Both the position numbers and the translations under genes were made by a program. A DNA stretch of 64,000 bases from Octopus sinensis (lineage: Eukaryota), in the NCBI RefSeq assembly GCF_006345805.1, contig NC_043010.1:38192001-38256000 (forward strand). Reading direction: 5' to 3'. Of the stretch, positions 12,456 to 25,832 are shown piece by piece. Under the pieces are notes generated by a model that worked only from the letters and a program-made list of their open reading frames with translations, was not told the origin of the DNA and made no database searches. The first letter of the stretch is position 1, and each line of letters begins with the position of its first letter.

Positions 12456-12495
<40 letters not shown>

Positions 12496-12510
12496 CGTGC
12501 GTGCGTGCGT
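11970..12510. repeat. Cryptic (GT)-rich simple repeat
   Basis: Direct; source of the long HT/CV-rich ORFs. Confidence 0.9.
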
Positions 12511-12755
12511 GTTTGTGCGAAGAGAAAACCAAGTGTATTCACATCTGTACAGAGATCCACAGCGGAAGGCTTACAAATTCTCGTTTTCTTTAAATTTATC
12601 TAGAATACTTTTTTTAATTTCTGAAATTCACTCTGTGTGTTGTGCGTATATGACTGCATGCTTACGTATATATAGATACGCACATACATACATACACATA
12701 TACACATATACATACATAGACATAGATGTGTACGTATATTTACGCATATAACTGC

Positions 12756-12800
<45 letters not shown>

Positions 12801-13138
12801 AGTATGTATGTCTGTATGCATGCATGTGTTTATGAATGTATGTATGCATGTATGTATGTACGTATATATATGTGTGTGTGTATACACACACATACATATA
12901 TACTAATATATACATACTTAAATTCTTATATATATATGTATACATGCGCAGATATACAAATGCATATGCCGTGTATTATCAGGTAATCATTCCCCCTCAG
13001 ATATACCGCACGCTATACAAGCTCGTTCGACCATTATATTATCAGAGGCATGAAACTTATAGTAACTCGCATTGAAATCCTGTATATATTAAATGATATT
13101 CATCTCTCACTGGATTAAGTATTTTTTGTTGATCCTAC

Positions 13139-13169
<31 letters not shown>

Positions 13170-13245
13170 TGTATGTATGTATGTATGTATGTATGTATGC
13201 ATGCATGCATGCATATATATATATATATATTATATATATATATAT

Positions 13246-13304
<59 letters not shown>

Positions 13305-13437
13305 CACACACATTTGTGTATATATTTGTGTCTTACGTGAATAGCTTTTTATATCATCCGTTGATTATTTGAATATATGCGTGTATGAAATTTCTAATAA
13401 TGATATTTTTGACTATGTGATAACTGCATGAATATAT

Positions 13438-13612
13438 GAGCGCAGGCATGGCTGTGTGGTAAGAAGCTTGCTTTTCAATCACATGGTTCTGGACTCAGCC
13501 CCACTACGTGCCACCTTGGACAAGTGTCTTCTACTACAGTCTCGGGCTGACCAAAGCCTTGAGAGTGGATTTGGTAGACGGAAATTGAAAGAAGCCCGTC
13601 GTATACGTATAT
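13438..13612 (+). mobile_element. SINE family A, 5' half
   Basis: GCGCAGGCATGGCTGTGTGGTAAGAAGCTTGC...GAAAGAAGCCCGTCG. Confidence 0.9.
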
Positions 13613-13716
13613 ATATAGAGTGAGATACACACACACACACACACACAACACACACACACACACACACACATATGTGTGTGTGTATGTGTATATGTATATA
13701 CAATGTGCGGTGTGCG

Positions 13717-14874
13717 TAAGATATTTGAGGACAGATTTGTGTTTATATAAAAATAAACATAACAGATAATCACTTTATGCTATGAGAATTAAAATAAGCC
13801 TTCTTTTCTATAATGTTATTCAATAAAGCCTCCTTCAGCTTCAACAACTGCTTCTATATGAGATCTTTCAAAGAATCTTTTGTGTTATGGGCGTCTTCAT
13901 TGGCCTCTCTCTCAAAAACGCTGAACATGTAATAGTCCAATGGATTGAGATCTGGAGGATTAGGAGGTCAAATGTTTGGTGTTATGTAATCATGAAAATT
14001 CTCAGCCATCCATTCCTGTGTTACTAGAGCCATGTCTGATGGGCAGAGTCTTACTGAAACACATATGGCCTTCCATTGCATACACTGTGTATCCAGGACA
14101 TAACAATTATTTCCAGAACCTCAATGTAGAAGGCAAAGTGAACTCTAAGGCCTTGTGGAAAGAAGTAAGAGGCATCACATGTCCTTCATTGCTGATAACC
14201 CCTAAAACCATGACAGTTGCAGGAAATGTTGTATGCAAAACACTTGGAACTTCAGAAGGGTCCGTACATAACTATCTGTTATTTCTTCCGTTAACTTTCT
14301 CATCTTAGTTGAAGTTTTTCTCGTTTGAGAAAAACCAAATCAAATCTTCTGCTGGATTTTTCAGTTTCTTTAAGGGCCTTTTAGATCTGATGTAGTAATT
14401 TTCTTTCGCTTTTTCTGACAAATTGACATTTCCTCATCATATAAGACTTATATCTAATGTCTTCGGGGATATTTCTGACTGTTCCTTCTGACGCATGGAG
14501 ATTTTTTGTAATTGACCTCATGGACTTTCTGGGATTGTAATCAATGGTCTGTTGAACTTACTGGATAAATTCAGGTGTTCTGATGATTTCAGAGCGTTTA
14601 GAATGTTTTTATTCTTTGATACTGGTGATATGTTTCCATCTTCAGTCTCTAGCTCCTTACAAACTTTATAGACGAAAGATCTGGCAACTTATAAAAATCG
14701 AGATATTTCTAAATTGTTATGCCCAGCCTTCATCATCACAATAACAGCATGCCTCTTCATTTCTTGAGTAAGCTGAGTGTCTGATAGCCATTACCATTAC
14801 TGAAACAAAGATTATACAGAGTTAGCAAAAAATGCAGCAATGACACAAAAAAAAGTATGTCCACAAATACCTTA
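13717..14874 (-). mobile_element. Decayed Tc1/mariner-superfamily transposon (maT/DD37D-like)
   Basis: Minus-strand frames give LTQEMKRHAVIVMMKAG, VMVLGVISNEG, F(Q)QDSAP-like, ENFHD.ITPNIWPPNPPDLNPLDYY, EAVVEAEGGFIE; terminal IR TAAGATATTTGAGGACAGA / TATGTCCACAAATACCTTA. Confidence 0.8.
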
Positions 14875-15235
14875 GGTATATATACCCTACGTACCCTACA
14901 TATATATACCTTACGTATATATATACATGCATATATATATACTTAAATGTACGTTAGGAGATTTTATTAACCTGATCTACCTTCGTCCAAAAATGCCGCT
15001 CTAGAGGAAATGCTGAGCTGACTTCAGCGGGTTTTGAACTCGGAGCTCTCTGAGTCAGAACAAATATCGCGAAGCATTCCTTCCGACGCTCTAACGACCT
15101 GTCAATTCGGCAGCCATGCGTAGTCGAAAACGGTGGTTCTCAACTTTCTTAATATCCGGGCCACGTTCAAAACCCGGATTTTCTTAAGGGGCCGAACTTC
15201 CGCAAAAGAAATAAAACAGAAATCAATTATTATTT

Positions 15236-15485
15236 TATTCTTTTTTACTTGTTTCAGTCATTTGACTGCGACCATGCTGGAGCACCACTTTAAGGGGTTT
15301 TAGTCGAACGAATAGACTCCCAAGACTTATTCTTTGTATATATACGACAGGCTTCTTTCGGTTTCCGTCTACCAAATTCACTCACAAGGCTTTGATCGGC
15401 CCAAGCAGAAGACACTTGCCCAAGGTGCCACGCTGTGGGACTGAACACGACACCATGTGTTTGGGAAGCAAGGTTCTTACCATAG
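15236..15485 (-). mobile_element. SINE family A, internally deleted
   Basis: TTGTTTCAGTCATTTGACTGCG... and GACACTTGCCCAAGGTGCCACGC... Confidence 0.85.
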
Positions 15486-15789
15486 ACTGAAGACTGTCGG
15501 AGGCCACATACGGCCCTTTTATTTATTTATGTTTGCTCCTTGCTCTTTCCAGCTCCTTTCATAAAACTGGAAACACTGCATACTCAGAAAGACTACAATT
15601 TTCATAGGAAAATTTTACTGATTATTAATTTAATTCATTTAGAATAATTATGCAAATTATTACGGTAATTTTGTAATAAAAATATTGCATTTTTACCATT
15701 TTATGCATTTTTACCAATTTTATGAAAATTGTGAGAGTAAATTTTCATTTGAGGCTCCATGTTTGGTTCTTTGTGTTCGTGAGTGTGGT

Positions 15790-16435
15790 GTTGCTGGTGG
15801 TGGTGGTGGTGGTGGTGGTGGCGGTGGTGGTGGTGGTGGTGGTGGTGGTAGTGGTGGTGGTGGTGGTGACAGTGGAGGTGGTGATGGTGGTAGTTGTTGT
15901 GCTAGTGGTGGTGGTGTTAGTGATGGTTGTCATAGCATAGTTGTGGTGGTAATAGTGCTGATGGTGATGGTTGTGATATTGTTTTTGTTATTGGTGATGG
16001 TGGTGGTGGTGGTGTTGGTGCTTTTGGTAGGGATGGTGATAGTTATGGAGGTCGTGGTCGTCGTGGTGGCGGCGACGGTAGTTACATGTGTATGCGTCTG
16101 CCTGAGCGCGAGCACGTGTACAAGTAGGTATATGTGTACGCGCGCACATTTTATAAAAATGAAGCTTATATCATGTGTTCCCTACGGACGTTTCACCGTT
16201 GCAGTTGTTTGCAACACCTCACACACACACACACACACATTATCATCATCATCATCAACAACAACAACACTTAAACGCCAGCGTTATTCTTTTGGCATTG
16301 CTAACTCTACCCTTTTTCTCTTTCTCTCTTCTCCCCTCCCACATACGAACATACATACACTCCTCACACTCACACACTTATATACTAACGTACACGCATA
16401 CATACATCATTTACGGATATAAATATAAATGTACA

Positions 16436-16498
<63 letters not shown>

Positions 16499-16499
16499 C

Positions 16500-16550
<51 letters not shown>

Positions 16551-16570
16551 TGTTGTTGTTGTTGTTGTTT
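15790..16570. repeat. Trinucleotide tracts (GGT)n, (CAT)n, (GTA)n/(GCA)n/(GTT)n with AC runs
   Basis: Direct; explains the poly-G/V/T ORFs such as 15685-16422. Confidence 0.9.
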
Positions 16571-17144
16571 TTGTTGTTCAGTTTTTGTGTTGTTTTTTTT
16601 TAGTGAAGCGGAAATGATTGCCAGACCGGAAATCAGGGGAAATTACTTTAGCTTAACAAGAAGGTTGTATAATAAGAAACATACAATCTTGGAAGTGGAA
16701 CAACTGTGAATTAACTGCAAAAATCAACGTATATAACAAATCATTTTGGCAGACGACCGACCGCCATTGACGTATAAAAGAATGTTCGTTTAGCGTTGCG
16801 GAGGGGCATGCATGTATGTATGTATGTATGTATGTATGTATGTATGTATGTGTGTATGTGTGTGTATGTATGTATGTATGTATGTATGTATGTATGTATG
16901 TATGTATGTATGTATGTATGTTTGTATGTATTATATATGTAAGTATGTAAGTATGTATGTATGTATTGTGTGTGTATGTATGTATGTATGTACGCGTGTG
17001 TGTGCATGCATGTATGTAGGTAGGTATTATGCATACATACACACACACGCACACACACACATATGTATAATTATGTGTTTGTTTTGCAAGATTCCTGATG
17101 TGAACTCGTGTTGAAAGATATGTGTGTATATGCACAGAAGCGAT

Positions 17145-17236
<92 letters not shown>

Positions 17237-17502
17237 GTGTGAGCGCATGTATTATGCATGTATGCATGTGCACTTATGTATATGTACATAGATGTATACA
17301 TATATTTCGATGAAGACAAAGCAGGCCGACACTTCGAAGTCACTATCAACACTGCTCTTCTTAAAGAATTATAAATATGCATTCTATAAAAAAAAATCAT
17401 TGAGTTTGTTTTTATTGTATCTCAAAATAAACGGAAACATTAATGTATACATACGTACAAACATACATATAGATATGTATGTATATACACACATATACAT
17501 AT

Positions 17503-17726
17503 TTTCTTTTATTTGTTTCAGTCATTTGACTGCGGCTATGCTGGAGCACCGCCCTTAGTCGAGGAAATCGACCCCAGGACTTATTCTTTGTAAACCTATT
17601 GCTTATTCTATCGGTCCCTTTTGCCAAACCGCTAAGTTACGGGGACGTAAAAACACTAGCATTGGTTGTCAAGTGATGTTGGGAGGACAAACACAGACAC
17701 AGACACAGACACAGACACACACACAC

Positions 17727-17784
<58 letters not shown>

Positions 17785-17951
17785 TATATGATGGGCTTCC
17801 TTCAGTTTCCGTCTACAAAATCCACTCACAAGGCTTTGGTCGGCCCGAGGCTATAGTAGAAGACACTTGTCCAAGGTGGCACGCAGTGGGATTGAACTCG
17901 GAACCATGTGGTTGGTAATCAAGCTACATACTACACAGCCACTCATGCACC
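17503..17951 (-). mobile_element. SINE family A, full length
   Basis: Reverse complement of 31967-32421. Confidence 0.9.
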
Positions 17952-18879
17952 TATATATATATAGTCAATCAAATACGAACATAGTCTCATTTTCCCCATT
18001 TAATTTGTAAATTTTAATATTTTAACAGTTTTAGAAGTGCATTCATGTCTTATAAGAATATGTTTGTTAATGCCAGTACATAAGCATCTACCTGAAGATT
18101 GTTATAAAAGATGGAAATACTTGCAAAATTCTGAGTATCTTGCAAAAATTGTAAAATTCTATAACTAATACGCGCGTACACACGCACACACACACACACA
18201 GAGTCATAAACACTGAACTCAGAAATCGAACATGTAAGTCAGCCATGTGCATTATGTCCTGGTTCATTCCTCTTCCCTTCTTTATTTTCTTCATTTGATG
18301 AAGGACTATATCCGAAACGCTATGCTTTTACTCTATAACTCTCACTTTATACTTTTCCCTTTTTGAGCGTCAACGAAATATCATAGGTTTTTGCGGTCAT
18401 TTTCGCACGTTTCTCATTCAATTTAATTATCGGGTCATTCAAAGTCAATTTGATAACCGGGTCATTCAAAAAAATTAGCGCTCTGAAATTAGTCGTTCAA
18501 ATTTATTTTTCGATCATTCAATTTCTCACTTCGGTCAAAGAATTCAGCATTTACATCATTCAAATTAAAATGTCCGTCGAGAGCATTCAAATTAATCGGA
18601 ATGCTAGGAATTGTCTTTTCGAGCATTAAAATTTGTTTCGGAGCAATCTATTTAACATTTCGAGCAATCAAATTAGTACGATAGCTGTTTTGGTTTTATC
18701 TCATGATCATTGTTATCATAATCATGTGTTTCTCTCCATTGTTTATGCTTAAACACTTTCTCGTGCCCATGTCTTTTCTATGTGTTTTTTTTTTAATTTT
18801 TGCATTGTATGTTCCTTCTCGAGCCATACCTGGCTCATAAGGGCCGGTTTCCCGGTTTCCTTGGCGTATAGGTTCGATT

Positions 18880-19130
18880 ACAGCGGTTCCAATACTTGAG
18901 TGATACTTTATTTATCTACCTAGAAAAGATGAAAGGCCAAAGTGACCTCGGTGGGATTTGAACTCGGAATGCAAAGAGTCGAAACATCTGCAGCAAAGCA
19001 TTTTTTCCGATGCACTAACGATTCTGTCAGCTCACCGCTTATTTTCAATGACGGTTTCTTATCCAGGAATAAGACTAGTAATTTTGAGGGGGGGGGGATA
19101 GTTTTTACCATCAATTCCAAGACTTAACGG
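18880..19130 (-). mobile_element. SINE family B, degenerate
   Basis: GATGAAAGGCCAAAGTGACCTCGGTGGGATTTGAACTC. Confidence 0.7.
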
Positions 19131-19156
19131 GTATTTTATGATAAGCAGGTAGAGGA

Positions 19157-19602
19157 CGAAGAAGAAGAAGAAGAAGAAGAAGAAGAAGAAGAAGAAGAAG
19201 AAGAAGAGAAGAAGAAGAAGAAGAAGAAGAAGAAGAATGAATGAAAAGGCAGAAACGATAAACGATGAATCTGAAAGAAAAAGATAAACCAGAATCATTT
19301 TAATTACCTGTAATTTTAATTACACAAGCACACATACACGTACCTGCGCACACGCACACGCATACCCACATACCTGCACATCCCTATGTATATATGTATA
19401 TATTTATATGTCATATCTATATATATATATACACACACATATGTATCCATATATATACTTACACACACAAACATATATGTATGTATGCGCATATACGCAC
19501 ACACATATACGTCCACACACACAGATACGGTTACAAACATACACATAGATAAAAACACACAACACACGTACATCAGGTTTTCACACACACTCATAGACAC
19601 TC

Positions 19603-19661
<59 letters not shown>

Positions 19662-19917
19662 ACAACAAAGACACTGAAGTCACAAATAAACATAACTTTT
19701 TCTAATTACCTTATCAAAGGTTTTAAAATGCCTCATTACCATCTTTGATGGTCGACTGAAACAATCATCAATATCATCATCATCATTAGCACCACCAACA
19801 ACAACAACACCATCATCATCATCATCATCAACATCATCATCATCATCATCATCATCACCAGCATCATCGCCATCTTCATCATCGCCATCATCACCGCTAT
19901 CGTCATCTTCATGGCCG

Positions 19918-19951
<34 letters not shown>

Positions 19952-20002
19952 TATTATTATTATTATTGCTGTTGTTGTTGTCATTAATCAACAGTCTTTT
20001 TC

Positions 20003-20063
<61 letters not shown>

Positions 20064-20065
20064 GT
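19157..20065. repeat. (GAA)n, (AC)n, (CAT)n and (ATT)n microsatellite cluster
   Basis: Direct. Confidence 0.9.
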
Positions 20066-20189
20066 GTCCTTTTTAATGTGCAACCGGGAGCAGCTCTGTT
20101 TCCCTCAGTTACACAAAAAAGAGTGTTTTGTTTTTGGCTTTGTAATATCATCTATTATATTGAAAGTGTATCCTGCACGTATGTATGTG

Positions 20190-20192
20190 TGT

Positions 20193-20228
<36 letters not shown>

Positions 20229-21249
20229 TGTGTGCGCGCGCGCATGTGTGTGTGTGTGTGTATGTGTGTGTGTGCGCACGTGTGCAAAGTCTAAGAGTCT
20301 AATAATGCTATTCTCCGTATGTTGCGTCACTCGGAGATCAGGACGTCTCTCCAGATTCAACCTCTACTTCTCTAAAATTGAGAGGTCGCAACCCCTGTAT
20401 TACGAACGTCTGATTAGAACTTTTGTCTCAGGAAAACAATAACCAGACGGATTATTCAAGCAGGGAACTTAGTGGGTAGAGCAAGAATTAAAGGGTTGGA
20501 TAGTATCCAGAGCTTCGGTTGGTCAAGCTTGAGAATCCAGCCAGAAGGTCTAAAGACTGCTGCTTCTGGATATGACTGTATGGAGAAAATGACTGGCAAC
20601 TCTACTACATCGACCTTCAGCAGGAACAGTGGGCACACGAGATGGATGGATATATGTATGTATGTCTGTGTGTGCGCGCGCATATCATTATTATTATTGA
20701 GAGCAGTGCATGCCATCAAAGTGACACTGGGGTAAAATATATGAAGCCCAGTATACCCATCATGACTTACCTGTCTGATAAGAGTACACCAGGCACATGC
20801 ATCACAACCATATGTGCACGACATGGTGATCTCATATCAAAATAAACAGCGCATGACCTTGCAGGTAGGGCCCAGTTTGAATTTTCTTCTGGTCGAGTAG
20901 CCCAGCCCGCTCAAAAGGTCCCTGAATAAGTATAGTTTAAGGATGTTGAACGAAACACCTATGTTTCCAAAGGTGAATTATCCAAACCTCCAATAATTCC
21001 TTTCAACACATGGCTATGATGCTCCCCGACTACTTCTGCTCGTGATCAGAGATGCACATATCGTCAGCCACTAAGGGACATGGTCAAAACTGGTTAAGGT
21101 CAAACAACTGACAAGCAGATCTGTGGTATTGAGCAGAATATTTGCTGTAGCCCATCTTTTATACCAAGACAAAGCAATGTACATGATAACACTTCCAATC
21201 AGTTAAGATCAGAAGCCATGAGAGCCACTTCCTGGTACTGCATCAGGGC

Positions 21250-21313
<64 letters not shown>

Positions 21314-21562
21314 GTTTGATTCAGTTCTAAGCGACTTAAAGTTTCTCATGCTAGATTACCGACTGGAGAAGAACAGAATGACTACTGGAAAATGGGCTGC
21401 TATGATGCTTTGTTAGGAGTGAGATCGAAATTACAGCGACAACAGATGAATTAGTAGGGAAAATTTCTCGGACCATGTGGCTGGACAGGAATCTGGTAGT
21501 GTTATGGTGTCTGGTGGGCCTTTGAAGGGAATTAGAAGCTGACAGAAGCCAGGCCGGCGAGA

Positions 21563-21620
<58 letters not shown>

Positions 21621-22657
21621 TGTGTGCGCGCGCGCATGTGTGTGTGTGTGTGTATGTGTGTGTGTGCGCACGTGTGCAAAGTCTAAGAGTCTAATAATGC
21701 TATTCTCCGTATGTTGCGTCACTCGGAGATCAGGACGTCTCTCCAGATTCAACCTCTACTTCTCTAAAATTGAGAGGTCGCAACCCCTGTATTACGAACG
21801 TCTGATTAGAACTTTTGTCTCAGGAAAACAATAACCAGACGGATATTCAAGCAGGGAACTTAGTGGGTAGAGCAAGAATTAAAGGGTTGGATAGTATCCA
21901 GAGCTTCGGTTGGTCAAGCTTGAGAATCCAGCCAGAAGGTCTAAAGACTGCTGCTTCTGGATATGACTGTATGGAGAAAATGACTGGCAACTCTACTACA
22001 TCGACCTTCAGCAGGAACAGTGGGCACACGAGATGGATGGATATATGTATGTATGTCTGTGTGTGCGCGCGCATATCATTATTATTATTGAGAGCAGTGC
22101 ATGCCATCAAAGTGACACTGGGGTAAAATATATGAAGCCCAGTATACCCATCATGACTTACCTGTCTGATAAGAGTACACCAGGCACATGCATCACAACC
22201 ATATGTGCACGACATGGTGATCTCATATCAAAATAAACAGCGCATGACCTTGCAGGTAGGGCCCAGTTTGAATTTTCTTCTGGTCGAGTAGCCCAGCCCG
22301 CTCAAAAGGTCCCTGAATAAGTATAGTTTAAGGATGTTGAACGAAACACCTATGTTTCCAAAGGTGAATTATCCAAACCTCCAATAATTCCTTTCAACAC
22401 ATGGCTATGATGCTCCCCGACTACTTCTGCTCGTGATCAGAGATGCACATATCGTCAGCCACTAAGGGACATGGTCAAAACTGGTTAGGTCAAACAACTG
22501 ACAAGCAGATCTGTGGTATTGAGCAGAATATTTGCTGTAGCCCATCTTTTATACCAAGACAAAGCAATGTACATGATAACACTTCCAATCAATTAAGATC
22601 AGAAGCCATGAGAGCCACTGCCTGGTACTGCATCAGGGCATTTATTATTATTATTAT

Positions 22658-22692
<35 letters not shown>

Positions 22693-22951
22693 GTTTGATT
22701 CAGTTCTAAGCGACTTAAAGTTTCTCATGCTAGATTACCGACTGGAGAAGAACAGAATGACTACTGGAAAATGGGCTGCTATGATGCTTTGTTAGGAGTG
22801 AGATCGAAATTACAGCGACAACAGATGAATTAGTAGGGAAAATTTCTCGGACCATGTGGCTGGACAGGAATCTGGTAGTGTTATGGTGTCTGGTGGGCCT
22901 TTGAAGGGAATTAGAAGCTGACAGAAGCCAGGCCGGCGAGAATTGTGTGTG

Positions 22952-22990
<39 letters not shown>
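20190..22990 (+). repeat. Near-identical tandem duplication of a ~1.39-kb unit bounded by (GT)n
   Basis: TGTGCAAAGTCTAAGAG at 20281 and 21673; identical ORFs at 20456/21847 and 20642/22033 (offset 1391). Confidence 0.95.
20698..21250. mobile_element. ~550-bp interspersed repeat flanked by (ATT)n on both sides (duplicate at about 22089-22640); family not identified
   Basis: Complex sequence with sharp (ATT)n borders, no ORF. Confidence 0.4.
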
Positions 22991-23003
<13 letters not shown>

Positions 23004-24131
23004 ATGTATACCAGATGTATGAGTGCGTGTATGTAGGATATTATTGGTTGTATGAGTGTGTGCGTGAGATATGTGTATGTATACATACATACATGTATAC
23101 ATACATACACACACATATATATATATATATACATATATATTATATATAATGTAAATAATATATATATATATAATATATATATATAATATATATATATATA
23201 TGCATATATACATACATACATGTACATACTTACATATATATGTATATATACGTGCATATATGGGTACAGGACATCAAAAAACGTAAACAAGAAAAACTAG
23301 AACATGAAATACAAAAACATGGAAAACGAACTTTTTTGTACAACGAAAGAAACAAATAGAAAAACGAGACAGGCAGCATAAAGAACAACCCCTTCATCAG
23401 TTGTCCACTGTTTTATCTACTCCGCATTTCGAGCATTAGGACAAGATGAGTCTTCGTCAAAACAGTCGCTTCCGCAAAGCAAATTAAATAAAATTTGGGG
23501 TTTGCAGAGGGTCAAAGCTGGTAACAAAAACAGGACAGCTGAAACAAATGGTAAGGGCTGTTAAGTCATAACGGGATGAAGTGATGAACGCTGGAGGACA
23601 AGCTTTGACAGGAGACAGAAGAAAATGCGTGCTATCTCTTTTAGCTGAATGAGAAGAAAGAAATTCGTGTTAGAAGAAAGATGGATGCTGGTCACGTGTG
23701 AGCAACGAGAGTCAAGGAAGAAGTGTGAGGGAGAGAGAGGGACAGATAGAGAACGGGGAAGGGGAGGAGAAGAATTAGAGAATGGGTGAGAGAGAAAAAA
23801 GAATATAGAAAGAGAAAAGAAATAGAGCAATAAATAATAATAAGTTGATCATTGGTATTAAAAGGTCATAGTTTAATTGTAGTTAAGGACCATTTACAAC
23901 TGTTTCTGTTTAACAAATCGAAGTAAATTTGCATTTATCTCGTTCCGTTTAACAAACATCGTCAGAATTATTTAGAGGAATATAAATAGAAGAAAAAGGG
24001 GAATGAAAGGAAAAGAAAAAGGCAAAAGAAAAAGGAAAAGTTCCATAAGTCTTTAGATTTACATTTTAGTGACTCTTTGGATACGTTTCTTCAATTAGAT
24101 GAAAGGAGCAGTAAGTGGGGGGGGGAATATA

Positions 24132-24383
24132 TTGGGTTGGTGCATAATTATTGCGACTTTTTTCAACAAATTTTATTTAACAAAAACAGTGACAACATCT
24201 AACAAAAACATCTTTAAATGATTATTCCGGAGCATGTTCACCATCTACTTCAATTACTACGTCCCATTTGCTTGGCAGACGGTCAGAACGCCATTTAAAG
24301 ATGTTTTTGTTAAATATTATTATTGTTTTTGTTGAATAAAATTTGTTGAAAAAAAAAAAATCCGCAATAATTATGCACCAACC

Positions 24384-24387
<4 letters not shown>
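24132..24387 (-). mobile_element. mariner-derived MITE
   Basis: TIR TTGGGTTGGTGCATAATTATTGCG / CGCAATAATTATGCACCAACCCA, TA flanks; minus strand RLPSKWDVVIEVDGEHAPE* resembles a mariner transposase C-terminus. Confidence 0.85.
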
Positions 24388-24462
<75 letters not shown>

Positions 24463-24595
24463 ATGAGGGTGTCTAAGAGACACCAACATGCCGAAATAGC
24501 AGTCGAAACTCTGACTATAAAAACCACGTTAAGGGTTCGTGTCGCACCATGAGATAAGACAGATAGACAAAATATACAAGCAAAAATTATTGAAT

Positions 24596-24654
24596 ATTCA
24601 AGATCCAGGATTTCTGGTTTTGCTTTAAATAAGCTTTACCGTCATCGGTTGAAT
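24596..24654 (-). ncRNA. Type I hammerhead ribozyme motif, monomer 1 (an indel-damaged copy lies at 25069-25127)
   Basis: Minus strand identical to 25774-25832. Confidence 0.65.
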
Positions 24655-25773
24655 ATATCAAGAGTACATAAATACAGATATATACATGCAGAACAAACGA
24701 TATACTTACATATACGAACGTCATACTAAAGACATATGCACGTATGCACGCGGCGCATTAAATTACCCGCCGAATCATCCAAAGTACGACACGGTTAAAA
24801 TAAACACCGCAGTGAAAATAATCGCGAATTATATAATATTTATATATAGAGGATAATATCGAATTTTAAGTATCCATATTATCTAGTGGCCAGCATGGGA
24901 AAATACCGTACAAAGTAATAATTTTTAACAATTAAAATGAGGGTGTCTAAGAGACACCAACATGCCGAAATAGCAGTCGAAACTCTGACTATAAAAACCA
25001 CGTTAAGGGTTCGTGTCGCACCATGAGATAAGACAGATAGACAAAATATACACAAAAATTATTGAATAATTCAAGATCCAGATTCTGGTTTTGCTTTAAA
25101 TAAGCTGTTTACCGTCATCGGTTGAATATATCAAGAGTACTAAATACAGATATATACATGCACACAAACGATAATACTTAACATATCGAACGTCCATACA
25201 TAAATACATATGCACGCGGGCAGTTAAATTAACCGCCGGTCATCCCAAGTACGACACGTAAAATAAACACCGCTTGAAAAATAAAACGAATTATGTATAA
25301 TTTATATATGAGGATAAATACGATATTTAAGTATGTGTCCATATTATCTAGTGGCCAGCAGTGGGAAAAATACCGTACAAAGGTAATAAATTTTTAACAA
25401 TTACTTTCTTATCTCATGGTGCGACACGACCCTTACGTGGTTTTTATAGTCAGAGTTTCGACTGCTATTTCGGCATGTCTTGGTGTCTCTTAGACGCCCT
25501 CATTTTTAATTGTTAAAAATTATTACCTTTGTTACGGTTAATACTTAAATATACTTAAATATCGTATATTATCCCGCATATATAAATATATATAATTCGT
25601 TATTATTTTCACTGCGGTGTTTATTTTAACCGTGTCGTACTTTGGGATGATTTCGGCGGGTAATTAAACTGGCCGCGTGCATACGTGCATATGTATTTTG
25701 TATGGACGTTCGTATATGTAAGTATATCGTTTGTTCTGCATGTATATATGCTGTATTTATGTACTCTTGATAT

Positions 25774-25832
25774 ATTCAACCGATGACGGTAAAGCTTATT
25801 TAAAGCAAAACCAGAAATCCTGGATCTTGAAT
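25774..25832 (+). ncRNA. Type I hammerhead ribozyme motif (U4C core variant); an indel-damaged copy lies at 26241-26296
   Basis: ATTCAA-CCGATGA-C-GGT AAA GCTT ATTTA AAGC AAA ACC-A-GAAA-TCCTGGA-TC/TTGAAT: 6-bp stem I, two-part stem II, palindromic stem III ATCC(T)GGAT, AUC triplet, predicted cleavage after 25826. Confidence 0.7.

Noticed and set aside
20698-21250. HDV-like or hammerhead ribozyme in the (ATT)n-flanked repeat (CTGACGA on the minus strand near 21065)
   Set aside because: GAAA is replaced by GAAG, stems do not form, and I could not assemble an HDV pseudoknot by eye
23390-23480. Hammerhead-like words on the minus strand (TTGACGA...GCTCGAAA...CTGATGAAGGGG)
   Set aside because: I could not close all three stems in any type I, II or III arrangement; possibly an old PLE-repeat fragment
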